DNA from: Wallemia ichthyophaga EXF-994
Taxonomy: Eukaryota; Fungi; Basidiomycota
Length of the DNA stretch: 32,000 nt
NCBI RefSeq assembly: GCF_000400465.1
Contig: NW_008806294.1
Location: 148,780 to 180,779, forward strand
Reading direction: 5' to 3'
A program made the translations under genes and the position numbers. Numbering within the stretch: the stretch's first letter is position 1; each line of letters starts with the position of its first letter. Shown piece by piece: positions 20,904-31,950 of the stretch. Under the pieces are notes generated by a model. It was not told the DNA's origin, made no database searches, and saw only the letters and a list, made by a program, of their open reading frames with translations.

Positions 20904-23900
20904 ATGCTCAAGACCGCCAGAAGAAATCTCAGAATTTCAGCTGGTAGAATATTATTTAGAAACTTACATTCATCTATACGTACAATGGTTGGTCAGAAAA
21001 TTGATGGCACTGCGATTGCAAAGTGAGTCACCAGAAGCACCACCAGCATATCGAATAACCCCGTTAACCCCACTCGCTTAGGAAACTCCGCGGAGATCTC
21101 GCTACTCAGACAAAAACACTCCCCTTTAACCCGCACCTCGTAATCATTCAGCACGGCGCTCGCCCTGATTCAAACAGCTACATTCGCATGAAGAGACTGG
21201 CTGCAGAAGAGGCTGGCTTCAAATTCACCCACATTCAAATCCCTGACTCTGATGGCGTCGATAAGGTCCTCGAGCACGTTCGTCGCTGTAACCAGGATGA
21301 CGGCGTTCATGGTCTTCTCGTTCAGCTCCCACTCGCTAATGGCGGCAAAGACGGCGAAAGAAGCGTCGTAGAAACCATCTCACATGATAAGGACGTCGAT
21401 GGCTTTCACCCACTCACCGCAGGTGCTCTCTCTTCGCGCCTCGCTGACCCTCTTTTCGCTCCTTGCACTCCCGCTGGTGTAATCAAGCTGCTTGAAGAAT
21501 CTGGTGTTGAAATCGCTGGCAAATTCGCTGTCGTTCTTGGCCGCTCCGATATCGTCGGTACTCCTGCTATGAACCTCCTCCGCCGCAAAGATGCGACCGT
21601 CGTCCAGGTACACTCCAAGACAAAGAATATCCCCGAATTAGTCAAGCAGGCTGATATCGTCGTTGCTGCTATTGGTCAGCCTGAGTTCGTCAAAGGCGAG
21701 TGGATCAAGGAAGGCGCCGTTGTCATTGACGTCGGTGCCAATTTTGTCCCAGATGCTACCAAAAAGAGCGGTCAGCGCATGCTCGGTGATGTGGAATATA
21801 GCAAGGCCATTGAAAATGCTGCTCACATCACTCCCGTTCCTGGTGGTGTTGGCCCTATGACCGTTGCTATGCTCATGGTAAACACCTTTAGAGCTGCAGA
21901 GCGTCAGGCCAAACTCAGAGGTGGCAGAGGTCGTGGCGTTGTCACTCCTCTTCCTATCCACCCACTCGAACAAGTTCCATCTGATATTGAAATCGCTATG
22001 GCTCAGACACCCAAACCTGTTTCATCACTCGCACAAGAGATTGGCGTATTAGATGAAGAATTGGAGCTCTACGGCCAATCTAAAGCTAAGGTGGAGTTGA
22101 GCATTCTCGACCGTCTCCAGCACCGCAAAGATGGTAAATACGTCGTCGTCGCAGGTATCACTCCTACTCCGCTCGGTGAAGGTAAATCTACTACTACCGT
22201 CGGTTTAGCACAAGCCCTTGGCGCTAGACTTGGCAGAAGCACTTTTGCATGCGTTCGCCAACCTTCACAGGGCCCTACATTTGGTATTAAGGGTGGTGCA
22301 GCTGGTGGTGGTTACTCACAAATCATTCCAATGGATGAATTTAATCTGCACTTGACTGGTGACATTCACGCCATCTCCGCAGCTAACAACCTCCTCGCTG
22401 CCGCTATTGACGCAAGAATGTTCCATGAATCCACTCAGTCCGCCAAAGCACTTTATAATCGTCTCACTCCGGCTAAGAAGGGTGTCAGATCTTTCTCCCC
22501 AGTTATGATCAAGAGGCTGCAAAAACTCGGTATTGACAAGACAAGTCCGAGTGACTTGAACGAGGAGGAGGTTGCCAAGTTTGCCAAACTCGACATTGAT
22601 CCTGAGACAATCACCTGGCACAGAGTTACGGACACCAACGACAGGTATTTGCGCAAGATTACCGTGGGACAAGCTCCAACTGAGAAAGGTATTTCACGTG
22701 AGACAGGTTTCGATATCTCAGTTGCTTCTGAGTGTATGGCTGTGCTCGCACTTGCCAACGATCTCCCCGATATGCGCAGAAGATTGGGTGATATGGTTGT
22801 AGCCTCTTCGAAATCAGGCGAACCGATCACTGCGGATGACATTGGTATTGGTGGTGCACTCACTGTGCTCATGAAGGACACTATCAAGCCAAACCTCATG
22901 CAAACTTTGGAGGGTGAGTGGGGAGTGCGGAATGATTTCGAATGTATATGCTAACTAACCTTAGGAACTCCTGTGTTTGTACACGCTGGCCCATTTGCCA
23001 ACATTGCTCACGGTAACTCATCCATCCTCGCCGACCGCGTTGCTTTGAAGCTCGCAGGCACAGATGAGGGCGAGCCATCTTCATCTGGTGGATATGTAAT
23101 CACCGAGGCTGGTTTCGGTGCTGACATAGGTATGGAGAAGTTCTTCAACATCAAATGTCGCGTTTCTGGATTAGTGCCAGATGCAGTTGTGCTTGTTGCT
23201 ACCGTGCGCGCTCTTAAGATGCACGGTGGTGGACCGGAAGTGTCACCTGGAAAGCCACTCGACGACATATATACGCAGGAGAACCTCGACACGCTAGCTG
23301 AAGGATGTAAAAACCTTGGCAAGCATATTGAGAACGGCCGCAAGTATGGCGTTAAGGTGATTGTAGCGGTCAATCAATTCACCACGGATACACCAGCTGA
23401 GCTTGAGTTGGTGAAAAAGTTGTCGTATGAAGCAGGTGCTCACGCTGCCGTTGCATCTAACCACTGGGCATTGGGTGGTGAAGGTGCCATCGATCTCGCC
23501 CAATCACTCATCGACACTTGCGAACCAAAGGGCTCAGATGGTGAGGTTCTTCCTGCGCAATCAAACGACGACTTCAAGCTGCTCTACGATGACAATTTGA
23601 CTATGGAGGACAAGATCTTGACCATCGTAAGGGAAATGTACGGCGGTGAAGCTATTGAATTGTCTGAATTGGCTAAATCTCAAGTGGAGACTTATGTGAA
23701 GCAAGGATATGGAAACCTGCCAGTGTGTATGGCCAAGTCTCACCTTTCACTCTCGCACGATCCTAAGCTGAAGGGTGTACCAAGTGGATTCACTGTGCCA
23801 ATTCGCTCAATTAAGCTCAGTGCGGGTGCAGGATTCGTGTATGCTCTTTGCGGAGAGATGCAGACTATGCCGGGACTGTCAACTCGACCAGGATACTACG

Positions 23901-23953
23901 ATATCGATTTGGATATGTCTGGAGAGAAGCCACGCGTCGTTGGATTATTCTGA
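20904..23953 (+). CDS. ADE3/MIS1: C1-tetrahydrofolate synthase (trifunctional). Long form from ATG 20904 (979 aa, with presequence); short form from ATG 20985 (952 aa). Exons 20904-21022, 21082-22913, 22965-23953.
   Basis: [36 protein letters not shown] (dehydrogenase/cyclohydrolase); [45 protein letters not shown] (formyl-THF synthetase). Introns 21023-21081 and 22914-22964. Confidence 0.95.
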
Positions 23954-24047
23954 TTGCAGTGCACAAACTCACTTGTACTTGTTGAAAAAGCTTAAAGATT
24001 TCTGAAATATTTTGTAAAAACTAGAAGATGGATTTCTTACTCGTCTA

Positions 24048-25649
24048 ATGTCATCATCGTACGATAATCGCTGCGACTTGGTTCGAGAGAATGATTACGT
24101 GCACATCAGACTACCATCGCAGCAGGAGCGTATTGTAAGGCTTACAAAGAACGGGTGTGTCTGGCTGTAACCACGGTGCACACACTCTAAATACACGCAA
24201 CCAGCACGGCAAATTTCGGCAAATTCGGAAAAGTACCCTTCAGTGAGCTTATCGGAAAGCCATACGGCCTCAGTTTCGAGATTGTCGATAAGGACGGCAG
24301 CTCCACGCTGAGGAAAATGTCTCCGCGGGCGATTGAGGAAATTGGTGGGTGAATTTGAGTCATTTGAGAATTTAATTCATCAGGGCATTTCAGAGGACTA
24401 CGAGTCAACGAATCAGTTTATTGAAGACGACAGTACGGCAATCACTCTCCTAGGCGAGGCTGAGATTGAAGCGCTGAAAAACGGCGGCGTTGAGGGCAGA
24501 GTGAGTTAGGCGTGACTGGAGTGAGTTCACTCAACTAACCCGCTCGCAGCACATTATCGACCAACAAATCGCTGCTCACGGCCAATTCGATCAGAAAACC
24601 GCCTATAGCAAGGACAAGTACCTCAAAAAGAAAGAAGCAAAGTTCCTCAAGTTTATCACACTCATCCCACCCACCACGTTTAACGTCTGCGAGTATCACT
24701 TTACTAAGAATTCACAGCGTATTCGCGATCTGAGAGTGGACAGTCTATCGCAAATGCTCACACTCGCCAATGTTCAGCAGGGTGGGAGATATATTGTCAT
24801 CGACGATACTTCCGGTCTTCTCACTGGCGCCATTCTCGAAAGACTTGCAGGTGAAGGTAGTGTGCTGATCATACACGACGCCGACTCACCACCCAACCTC
24901 GATATTCTCGACTCGATGAACTTCCCTGAACAGAGCGTGAAAGAGTGTGTCAGGTATTTGAATTGGGTATCGATCGACGACGACTTTGAAATGCCTCCGC
25001 TTAAACTTGAAGCTAAAGAGGGCGGCGATAACTGGAGATCGCACCACGAGAGAGATAAAATCATGAAGCGCAAAGAGCAATTTACTGCGCTTGATAATCT
25101 CAGAAAGGAGTTTTTCGATGGTGGTTTTGACGGGTGAGATAGGGTGATTGATGTTTGGGGTGTTTCCTTCTCACATTCTTGCAGATTGATAAGCGCCTCG
25201 CAATATGAACCTCTGAGTATTATACAGAGACTGTACACTCACCTCAGCGGGTCGGCTCCCATAGTGTTACATCATCCACACTTGGCGGTACGTTCATTAT
25301 ACACTGATCACACCACTAATAATCTTAGGTTCTCACAGATGCGCACATGCGTCTACGCAATGACGCTAATTTCTTGGCACCGGTAATCTCTGAAAGTTGG
25401 CTGAGACAGTATCAGGTGTGTTGTTATAAACAGCACACAACCCAACTCACATGCGGCGCAGGTTCTGCCTGGTAGAACGCATCCAAATATGCAAATGCCA
25501 GCCACCGGTGGTTACTTGTTACACACGACGAAAGTGTCAGTATGGCTATTTTTCGTCGAATCTACATAATTGACACAATCTGCAGCTTCGATGATCCCAA
25601 TGCCCATTCTATCAAGGCATTCAAGCGTCGCAAGGCGGAGCGGAGCTAG
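24048..25649 (+). CDS. TRM6: tRNA m1A58 methyltransferase non-catalytic subunit, 421 aa; exons 24048-24154, 24205-24344, 24394-24500, 24550-25133, 25185-25287, 25329-25415, 25462-25535, 25586-25649
   Basis: Seven GT-AG introns (41-51 nt) with consistent phases give FGKFGK..LIGKPYG, FDQKTAYSKDKYLKKK, DLRVDSLSQMLTLANV, WLRQYQVLPGRTHP and GGYLL. The last donor choice (25536) is less certain. Confidence 0.9.
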
Positions 25650-25802
25650 TGTGGATGCAGATGTAATCGGTGATCGTAGATGGTACAAACCCGCGCGATA
25701 AAATATTCATACATTGCCATACTCAAGTTGTAATGCACTTTATTTATTTATAGACACGTTCAATGCGCTTGCGCGTGATGCATTACCGAAAAGTCCCGTT
25801 AA

Positions 25803-25919
25803 ACGCGTTCAGTTCGCATATTCGACGCGTCCTTTCCTAAAACAGTGTGGTATGAAGAGCATTCCGGATCTTTTTTTAGCATGATATTCATTCAAATAGA
25901 GTAAATTAATAAAACGCGT
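25803..25919. promoter_or_regulatory. Cluster of three ACGCGT (MCB/APSES-type) sites
   Basis: ACGCGT at 25803-25808, 25825-25830 and 25914-25919, with further CGCG cores near 25692 and 25772, in an AT-rich intergenic region upstream of the secreted hydrolase. Confidence 0.5.
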
Positions 25920-25951
25920 TCTTTTAGCAAACCACTAACATCAACTTAAGC

Positions 25952-27316
25952 ATGGTTATATCAAAAGTCTTGGTTTCCGCGGCATTAGCTGTGTGTACAC
26001 TCGCAGTACCTTTGGAGCGCAGAATGTACAGCTCTAAGCATGCGTATGACTGGGATCACGATGCCGTAGGCGGGAGAGCACGCGACGCCCTCCTCTCCAC
26101 TCAGCGCGCCAGGTTAGTTTTTTTTTTCACCCTCCTCAACTCAGACCTGACGTCACCAGCTGGGAACAAGGCACGGCTGCAGAAGCGCTCCTAGAGTTTG
26201 ACTACGACAGACTAAGCGTATTTAATCCAAACTACCTCAACGAGATCCAAGGCTCGGCCGAGGCACTCAAGTGGGATGGCAAGCGCCAATTTTCATTCTC
26301 GGAAGAAATTCCCGTACACGCGCTCTCGATAGCCTGGGATGCCGTCAACAGACAGCACGAAGATGGCAGACTTGGTGTGGAGTTAGGTGAGGTAGTTCTT
26401 TTGTTTGTGAAACACCACTCACGAAGGCTATTTAGGTGGACCAGTTGACGGCAGTGCTAGTGACCCAGCATCTATGGGCCCTGCTGTATATCTCGCTTCG
26501 AAGATCTGGCCAAAGGTTGAAGAGAGAGAGAGACTCGGCGACGCCGCAGCAAAGCAGCTCAGCTACACCCTAAACACCGCTCCACGCTCAGAAACAGGAG
26601 CAATATCTCACAGGACTGAAAAGATTGCATACTGGGTAGGTTCTCTTGCGTGTTTCACATGGGTGTCTTGCTTATACTAACATCCTCAGTCTGACTCAGT
26701 TTATATGGCACCACCACTTATTGCCTATGCTGGTGCGCTCGAGCACGACAAACATATGCTCCACGAGGCCTTCGCGCAGATCAAAGCGTACAGAGAGGCA
26801 CTCTTCTTGAAGGACGTAGGCTTGTACGGTCATATCTTCGACGCCACCAACAAGTCGTGGGAAGATGCCGGCGCGTGGTCGACTGGCAACGGCTGGATCG
26901 CGGGTGGCATGTCTAGAGTACTCGCTACAATCAAGCACTCAGGCGTCGAGGGTCTGGATTGGGAAGCACACCACCTCATTATTTGGCTCAAAGAACTCTT
27001 GCAGAACGCGTACAAGGTGCAGAAAAACAGTGGCCTCCTGCCTAACTACCTTGACAAGCCGGAGGACTTTGAGGAAGTCGCCGGCACGGCCGCTATCACC
27101 GCCGCCGCATACAGACTGGGTGCTATTGCTTACGGTGCCATCGAGGACGTGCTGCCGCAGATGGAAAAGGCTTTCGAGGCGTGCCTCTCTAGAGTTGATG
27201 TCATGGGTAACGTACAGCCTACCGTTGACGCACTCGACTGGTCTGCGAAAGGCGTCTCTAGCCCTGAATCTGCTGCTTTCATCCTTGAGCTTCTTGCCGC
27301 CAAGGAGGCGTTTTAA
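25952..27316 (+). CDS. Secreted six-hairpin glycoside hydrolase, GH105/GH88-like, 404 aa; exons 25952-26112, 26160-26386, 26436-26635, 26690-27316
   Basis: Signal peptide MVISKVLVSAALAVCTLA followed by LERR (Kex2-like). Spliced motifs SWEQGTAAEALLE, DGSASDPASMG, GAISHR, YWSDSVYMAPP and WSTGNGWIAGGM. Introns of 47, 49 and 54 nt are in consistent phase. Confidence 0.8.
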
Positions 27317-28227
27317 GCCCACTTAGCTGACATCTTATTGATATTGATAGAATACTCTTGCCATGCGATTATCATGTTTTATTATTGTAAAATTCCTTCA
27401 TTTGTAACCTCAATTTTTTTATTTGACATGCACCACTTTTCAATGCATAATGTCATTATCCCTGATACGAAATTTTACGACATAGATAGGTAGGCTTCTA
27501 AGTCATGTGCGATGAGCTTTACCTGACCAGGAATATTTTCACCATACATCACAGCCACTGGACTACGCATACACCTGCTTTTAAAGCAAGCTATCATTTA
27601 GAAAAGTCGTTGAACCTTTAAGTGCGATTGATGTGTCTAAATCCTCTTCGGGAAGTAGATCCTTGAAGAATCCGGCTTACATGAATACCTAGAAACCCAA
27701 ATATATCAGGTATGTGCATGAATATAATGACATAAATTGGCCTAGAGTGACCTAATCTATGTTTAAATCCCAACACCTCTTCTCATCATCCCTTCTCGCT
27801 GACATCGCCCACAGACCTAACCAAAATCACATTCATAAATTGAAAGGATTTAAATTGAAGGGATTTGATCAGTGTGAAGAAGTTAATAAGGTTGCGCTAC
27901 ATGAATGATCAAATAAAGCTATTTATATATCGACTTTCGCCCACGAATACCCGAATAATCATTATCAATTTAAAATCAATGAACTTAACGCTCTCAAGTG
28001 CTTTGGGATTAAAAGGCTAGCTTTTAAGGTGCAAAAATAGCAGTTTGCTATGGCTTTTGCAAAGAGCTCAGTGGATTGATTCATCTAATTCAAAATTTAA
28101 GCAGCATCGTATCGGGAAGCTGAATTGTCGGTAACGCTTTCGCCTCGCCAAGAATCATGTTCCTTGCGAGGTTGAGACACTTATAAATAGGAATCTATGA
28201 ATAGGATTCTTGGGGGATTTTTATTAG

Positions 28228-28287
28228 ATCGATCAAATTATCGATCAAATTATCGATCAAATTATCAATCAAACAATCAATCAAACA
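28228..28287 (+). repeat. 12-bp minisatellite, 5 units: (ATCGATCAAATT)x3 then (ATCAATCAAACA)x2
   Basis: Read directly. It lies just upstream of the MFS gene ATG (28302) and in frame with an upstream ATG at 28197. Confidence 0.9.
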
Positions 28288-28301
28288 ATCAAAAACGAAT
28301 C

Positions 28302-29909
28302 ATGATAAGAAGACTAAGTGTTGATTCTTCAAAAACAAACGTAAGAGCAGAAAAAGGATCGGTGCTCAAGGATGAGAATAGTTTGCAAGAGCCTGTCGAA
28401 GCCACGAGTGGTACTTACGCGACTCCATTCCTTTCTCTTGGTTCGAGATGCTTAATATCAGGGCTAGTCATTTTCATGGCTTTGTAGGTACGGATATTTA
28501 ATTTTTGCATCGCTAAAGCATCACAAGTGGGCCAGAATATTCCGGATCCATTAATGGTTCGCTGAAGAGCACACTCAAGAGCAAGCTTGGCGCAAACAAC
28601 AGTCAATTCGGCGTTATCTCTTCAGCTGCAGATCTCATCAACACTATCCTCCCAATATTCGGTGGTCTAATGGTAGACCACTTTGGTATATGTAGCAGTA
28701 CTCTGGTTTGTATGTTCTTTATTTTGCTCGGAAACGTCGTTGATTCGATCGGCGCGACAAAGAACCACTACAACGCCTTTGTGGCAGGACGCATTGTATT
28801 TGGACTTGGACAGTCAGTGCTAGAGACCGCGCAGAGAAAGCTTTATTACCCGATGCCAAACAGAGGATTGGCACTAGTTTTTGCTCTAGATCTTGGCTTC
28901 GTGAGAATCTGCAATATTTTAGGCAAGGTCACCGCACTCCCCATCGCAAACGCTTCTTATTATGCCATGACTTATTGGACGTCTGTGATCTTTACTGGTC
29001 TTTCACTTTGCGCCAATATTGCTGTGGTTTTCTTGATGAAAAAAGTTCACAAAATTGATGAAAAGGTCGTATTCGACAAGAACATGCTCAAGATACACAA
29101 AGTATTCTTGGCGCTGCCATCTTCGTTCTTCTTGTTCGCAGTGTCTTGGATCTTCCAACCCTCAGTATTTTCCACCTTCAATAAAATCGTTGCGGACCTA
29201 GTGAAGGTGCATTACAACGTTTCCGCAGAGCAAGGTGGCTTTTACAGCGCATTGACGCAAGTAGTTCCAGTAGTCATGACACCGCTAGGTGGTGTATTCG
29301 TAGATCTATATGGTAGAAGACCGCAATTTGTACCAGTAGCTGCAGGTGTCTATATCGTCGTATTTGCGCTAATCGCCAAAACATCTGTCCATCCCATTAT
29401 CCCCCTCATATTATCAAGTCTTGCGTTCTCGATATCCACAATTTCCCTGCTCGCATCGATTCCTCTGATAATACATAATCAAAAGCATCTAGCTTTAGCT
29501 TTAGGAATATGGAAGAGTTTCATCAACTGCGGCGATGTTATTATGAGCGTCGTTGTGGGGAGAGTTCAAGATATCACGCCGAACCAGGTGAGACTGTTGG
29601 AGCGTTCTGAGTTTATCTGACTAAAATTCGCAGTCGTACGTCAACGTAATTTGGATTTTCATGGGTGTAAAAGCATGGGCTGTAGTCCTTGGAGTGGTGT
29701 ATATCATATGCGATAGGGCCTTCTTTATGAAGATATTTGATCGTAGTGTCAAGAACCGTCTCAAACTGGAATGTGAGCTGGGGTGCAGCATATTTCAAGC
29801 ATCTAAGCTTAGCTGGGTAAGCAAGCCTTTAAACATCTTCATAACGGTGTTTTATTGCTTTTTCGTGGTAGCTGCGTGGACGACCTTCTTTTACTTTTAT
29901 GAAAACTAG
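28302..29909 (+). CDS. MFS transporter, MFSD1-like, about 505 aa; exons 28302-28483, 28528-29587, 29634-29909
   Basis: Multiple TM helices. Spliced N-terminus SLKSTLKSKLGANNSQFGVISS..INTILPIFGGLMVDHFG, plus GRIVFGLG and GGVFVDLYGRR (MFS motif A). The intron 1 acceptor could be 28518 or 28527, both in frame; the start could be 28197. Confidence 0.8.
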
Positions 29910-30122
29910 GTGAATAGAATTGTAACATTATATATTCAATTGACAGGCCTCGCTAGACTAAATTGATTTGGAAAATCTGATTGACGTTGGCCGTCGAAGA
30001 CGTTACTCCGCTCAAATTCTAAAATATTCTAAAAAGAAGACAACAATTTAAAGATTAAGAGGTCTTTGCTTATTCAGTGTCACTTATATATCCAGTATCA
30101 GCCTCTAATCTTACTCCAGCTC

Positions 30123-30173
30123 CTTATCTTAAAGCTCTGATAAGCTTATCAACAGGAACACGAACAATTATCA
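30123..30173. promoter_or_regulatory. GATA-site cluster including the perfect 14-bp palindrome TGATAAGCTTATCA (30138-30151)
   Basis: CTTATC 30123-30128, GATAAG 30139-30144, CTTATC 30145-30150 and TTATCA 30168-30173, 35-85 bp upstream of the nucleobase permease ATG. Confidence 0.6.
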
Positions 30174-30206
30174 GCGAATATTTCTCGTTTCTCTTGTCTA
30201 CACGTA

Positions 30207-31950
30207 ATGGGAAGTTTGAAACGAGCTACAACCAAGCTGACAAGTAGATCTGGGTGGTTTGGAGACAAAAGCTTCAACTACACGAATCTCTTTGCTCCTC
30301 AATTTCCCTACAACCTACCTAGACGACAGCGCAAGATGCTCAGACCCTCGCCCTTCTTTTCCCTCGATTCGAACCTTCCCATCGTACTTCTGCTTATCGC
30401 GGGACTACAACACGCGCTTGCTTGTCTTGCCGGTGGTGGGTTCCCGTTGATTATCTCTCCTAGCATGCTCATGGATTCAAGTAATCACCCCGCCAATGAT
30501 AATCTCTCAAACCTTAAATTTTTCAAATGACTTACAATCTTACATGGTCTCAGCTTCTCTGATTTGCAGCGGCATACTATCTATCGTACAAATGCTACAC
30601 ACTAGAATACCATACACCAACAAGTACATCGGAACGGGAATAGTAACGATTGTTGGTGTATCCTTCAACACTATACCTGTCTTTACTTCGATGGCTGACC
30701 GAATGTATTCAAACGGAACATGTCCTAACAATACTGATGGCAGTAGAGCCGCGTGCCCTGAAGCTTACGGCTACTTCATCGGCACTTGTATGCTGGCTAG
30801 CTTGTTTGAGATAGGTGTCTCACTTTTGCCCGCTACGGTGATCAAGAAGGCTTGTCCACCGGTAGTATCAAGCACTGTAATAATTATGATTGCATGCCAG
30901 CTGCTACAAAGCTCGGGGTTTTCTAATTGGTCTGGTGGGGACTGTACAGAGAATTGTCCATCAGCTGATGCGCCCAGACCCTTACCATATGGAGCAATTG
31001 AATTTATCGGGCTTGGATTCCTCGCAGTCGTGACGATATTATTCGTGGAGATTTTTGGCTCCCCATTCATGAAGAGCGGTAGTCTAATAATAGCCTTAGC
31101 AGTTGGAAGCACCGTAGGCTGTGCGTGCAACTACTGTGTAAACAAAATCAGAGACTCACCAGCAATAACCTTCCTTTGGGTGCACACATTCAAGCTGAAA
31201 GTGGACCCGCCATCTATTCTACCGATTCTAGCAGTCTATCTCATTAATAGTGTTGAAGCACTGGGTGACATAACCGCAGCATCGGAAGCATCGCGTTTGT
31301 CGGTGGGAGGGTCAGAATTCGACGAGAGGATTCAAGGGGGTATACTTGCTGACGGTCTTGCCGGTATATTGGCCGGCGCTATGACTCAAGCTCCCATGTC
31401 CGTCTTTGCTCAAAATAATGGAATTATCGCCCTAACCAGGGTGGCCAATAGAAGCGCTGGGTTAGTTTGCGCCGGGTATCTTATACTCTTTGGCGTATTG
31501 GGCAAGATCAGTGGCGTTTTCATCTCAATACCAAAACCAGTTTTAGGCGGTGTGACTAGCTTTCTTTTTGCAAATGTACTCGTGTCGGGTGTGCGGATCT
31601 TATCAAGAATTTCGTGGCAAAGAAGAGACAGAATCATATTGGCAACAGCGTGGACGTTTGCATTCGGTGTTTTGCTTGTGCCAGAATGGTCAGCGCACTT
31701 TTTCAGAGGCGTCGACACAAACGGCAACGAGGCGCTGGAAGGCTGGCTGGAGACAATAGAGACGGTTGTATCTACACCTTCTATCCTAGGCTGTTTGGTT
31801 GCTATGTCAATGAATTTGATAATGCCTGAAGATGTGGATGAAGAATCTAAAGATGCTAGCGATATGGAGCAAGGCATCAACGAAAATCGAAATACCATCA
31901 CAGAAATACCTTCAACAGCACAATCCACTCAAAGTCAATTGGAGAAGTAG
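30207..31950 (+). CDS. NAT/NCS2 uric acid-xanthine permease (UapA-like), 565 aa; exons 30207-30435, 30482-31950
   Basis: TMS1 GLQHALA, then 46-nt intron giving LAG|VITPPMII; VGVSF; VEALGDITA; GILADG; NAT signature FAQNNGIIALTR; VLGGV. Confidence 0.92.

Noticed and set aside
29618-29623. TGA-CTA readthrough motif at the end of the MFS ORF
   Set aside because: Lies inside intron 29588-29633 and is simply the branch-site region.
2149-31950. Possible nucleotide/nitrogen/one-carbon metabolic gene cluster (URA2, PUT1, ADE3, PET8, UapA-like, MFS)
   Set aside because: Interspersed with unrelated housekeeping genes (SMC5, RRP43, CENP-K-like), and no shared motif was seen. Chance in a gene-dense genome is sufficient without synteny data.
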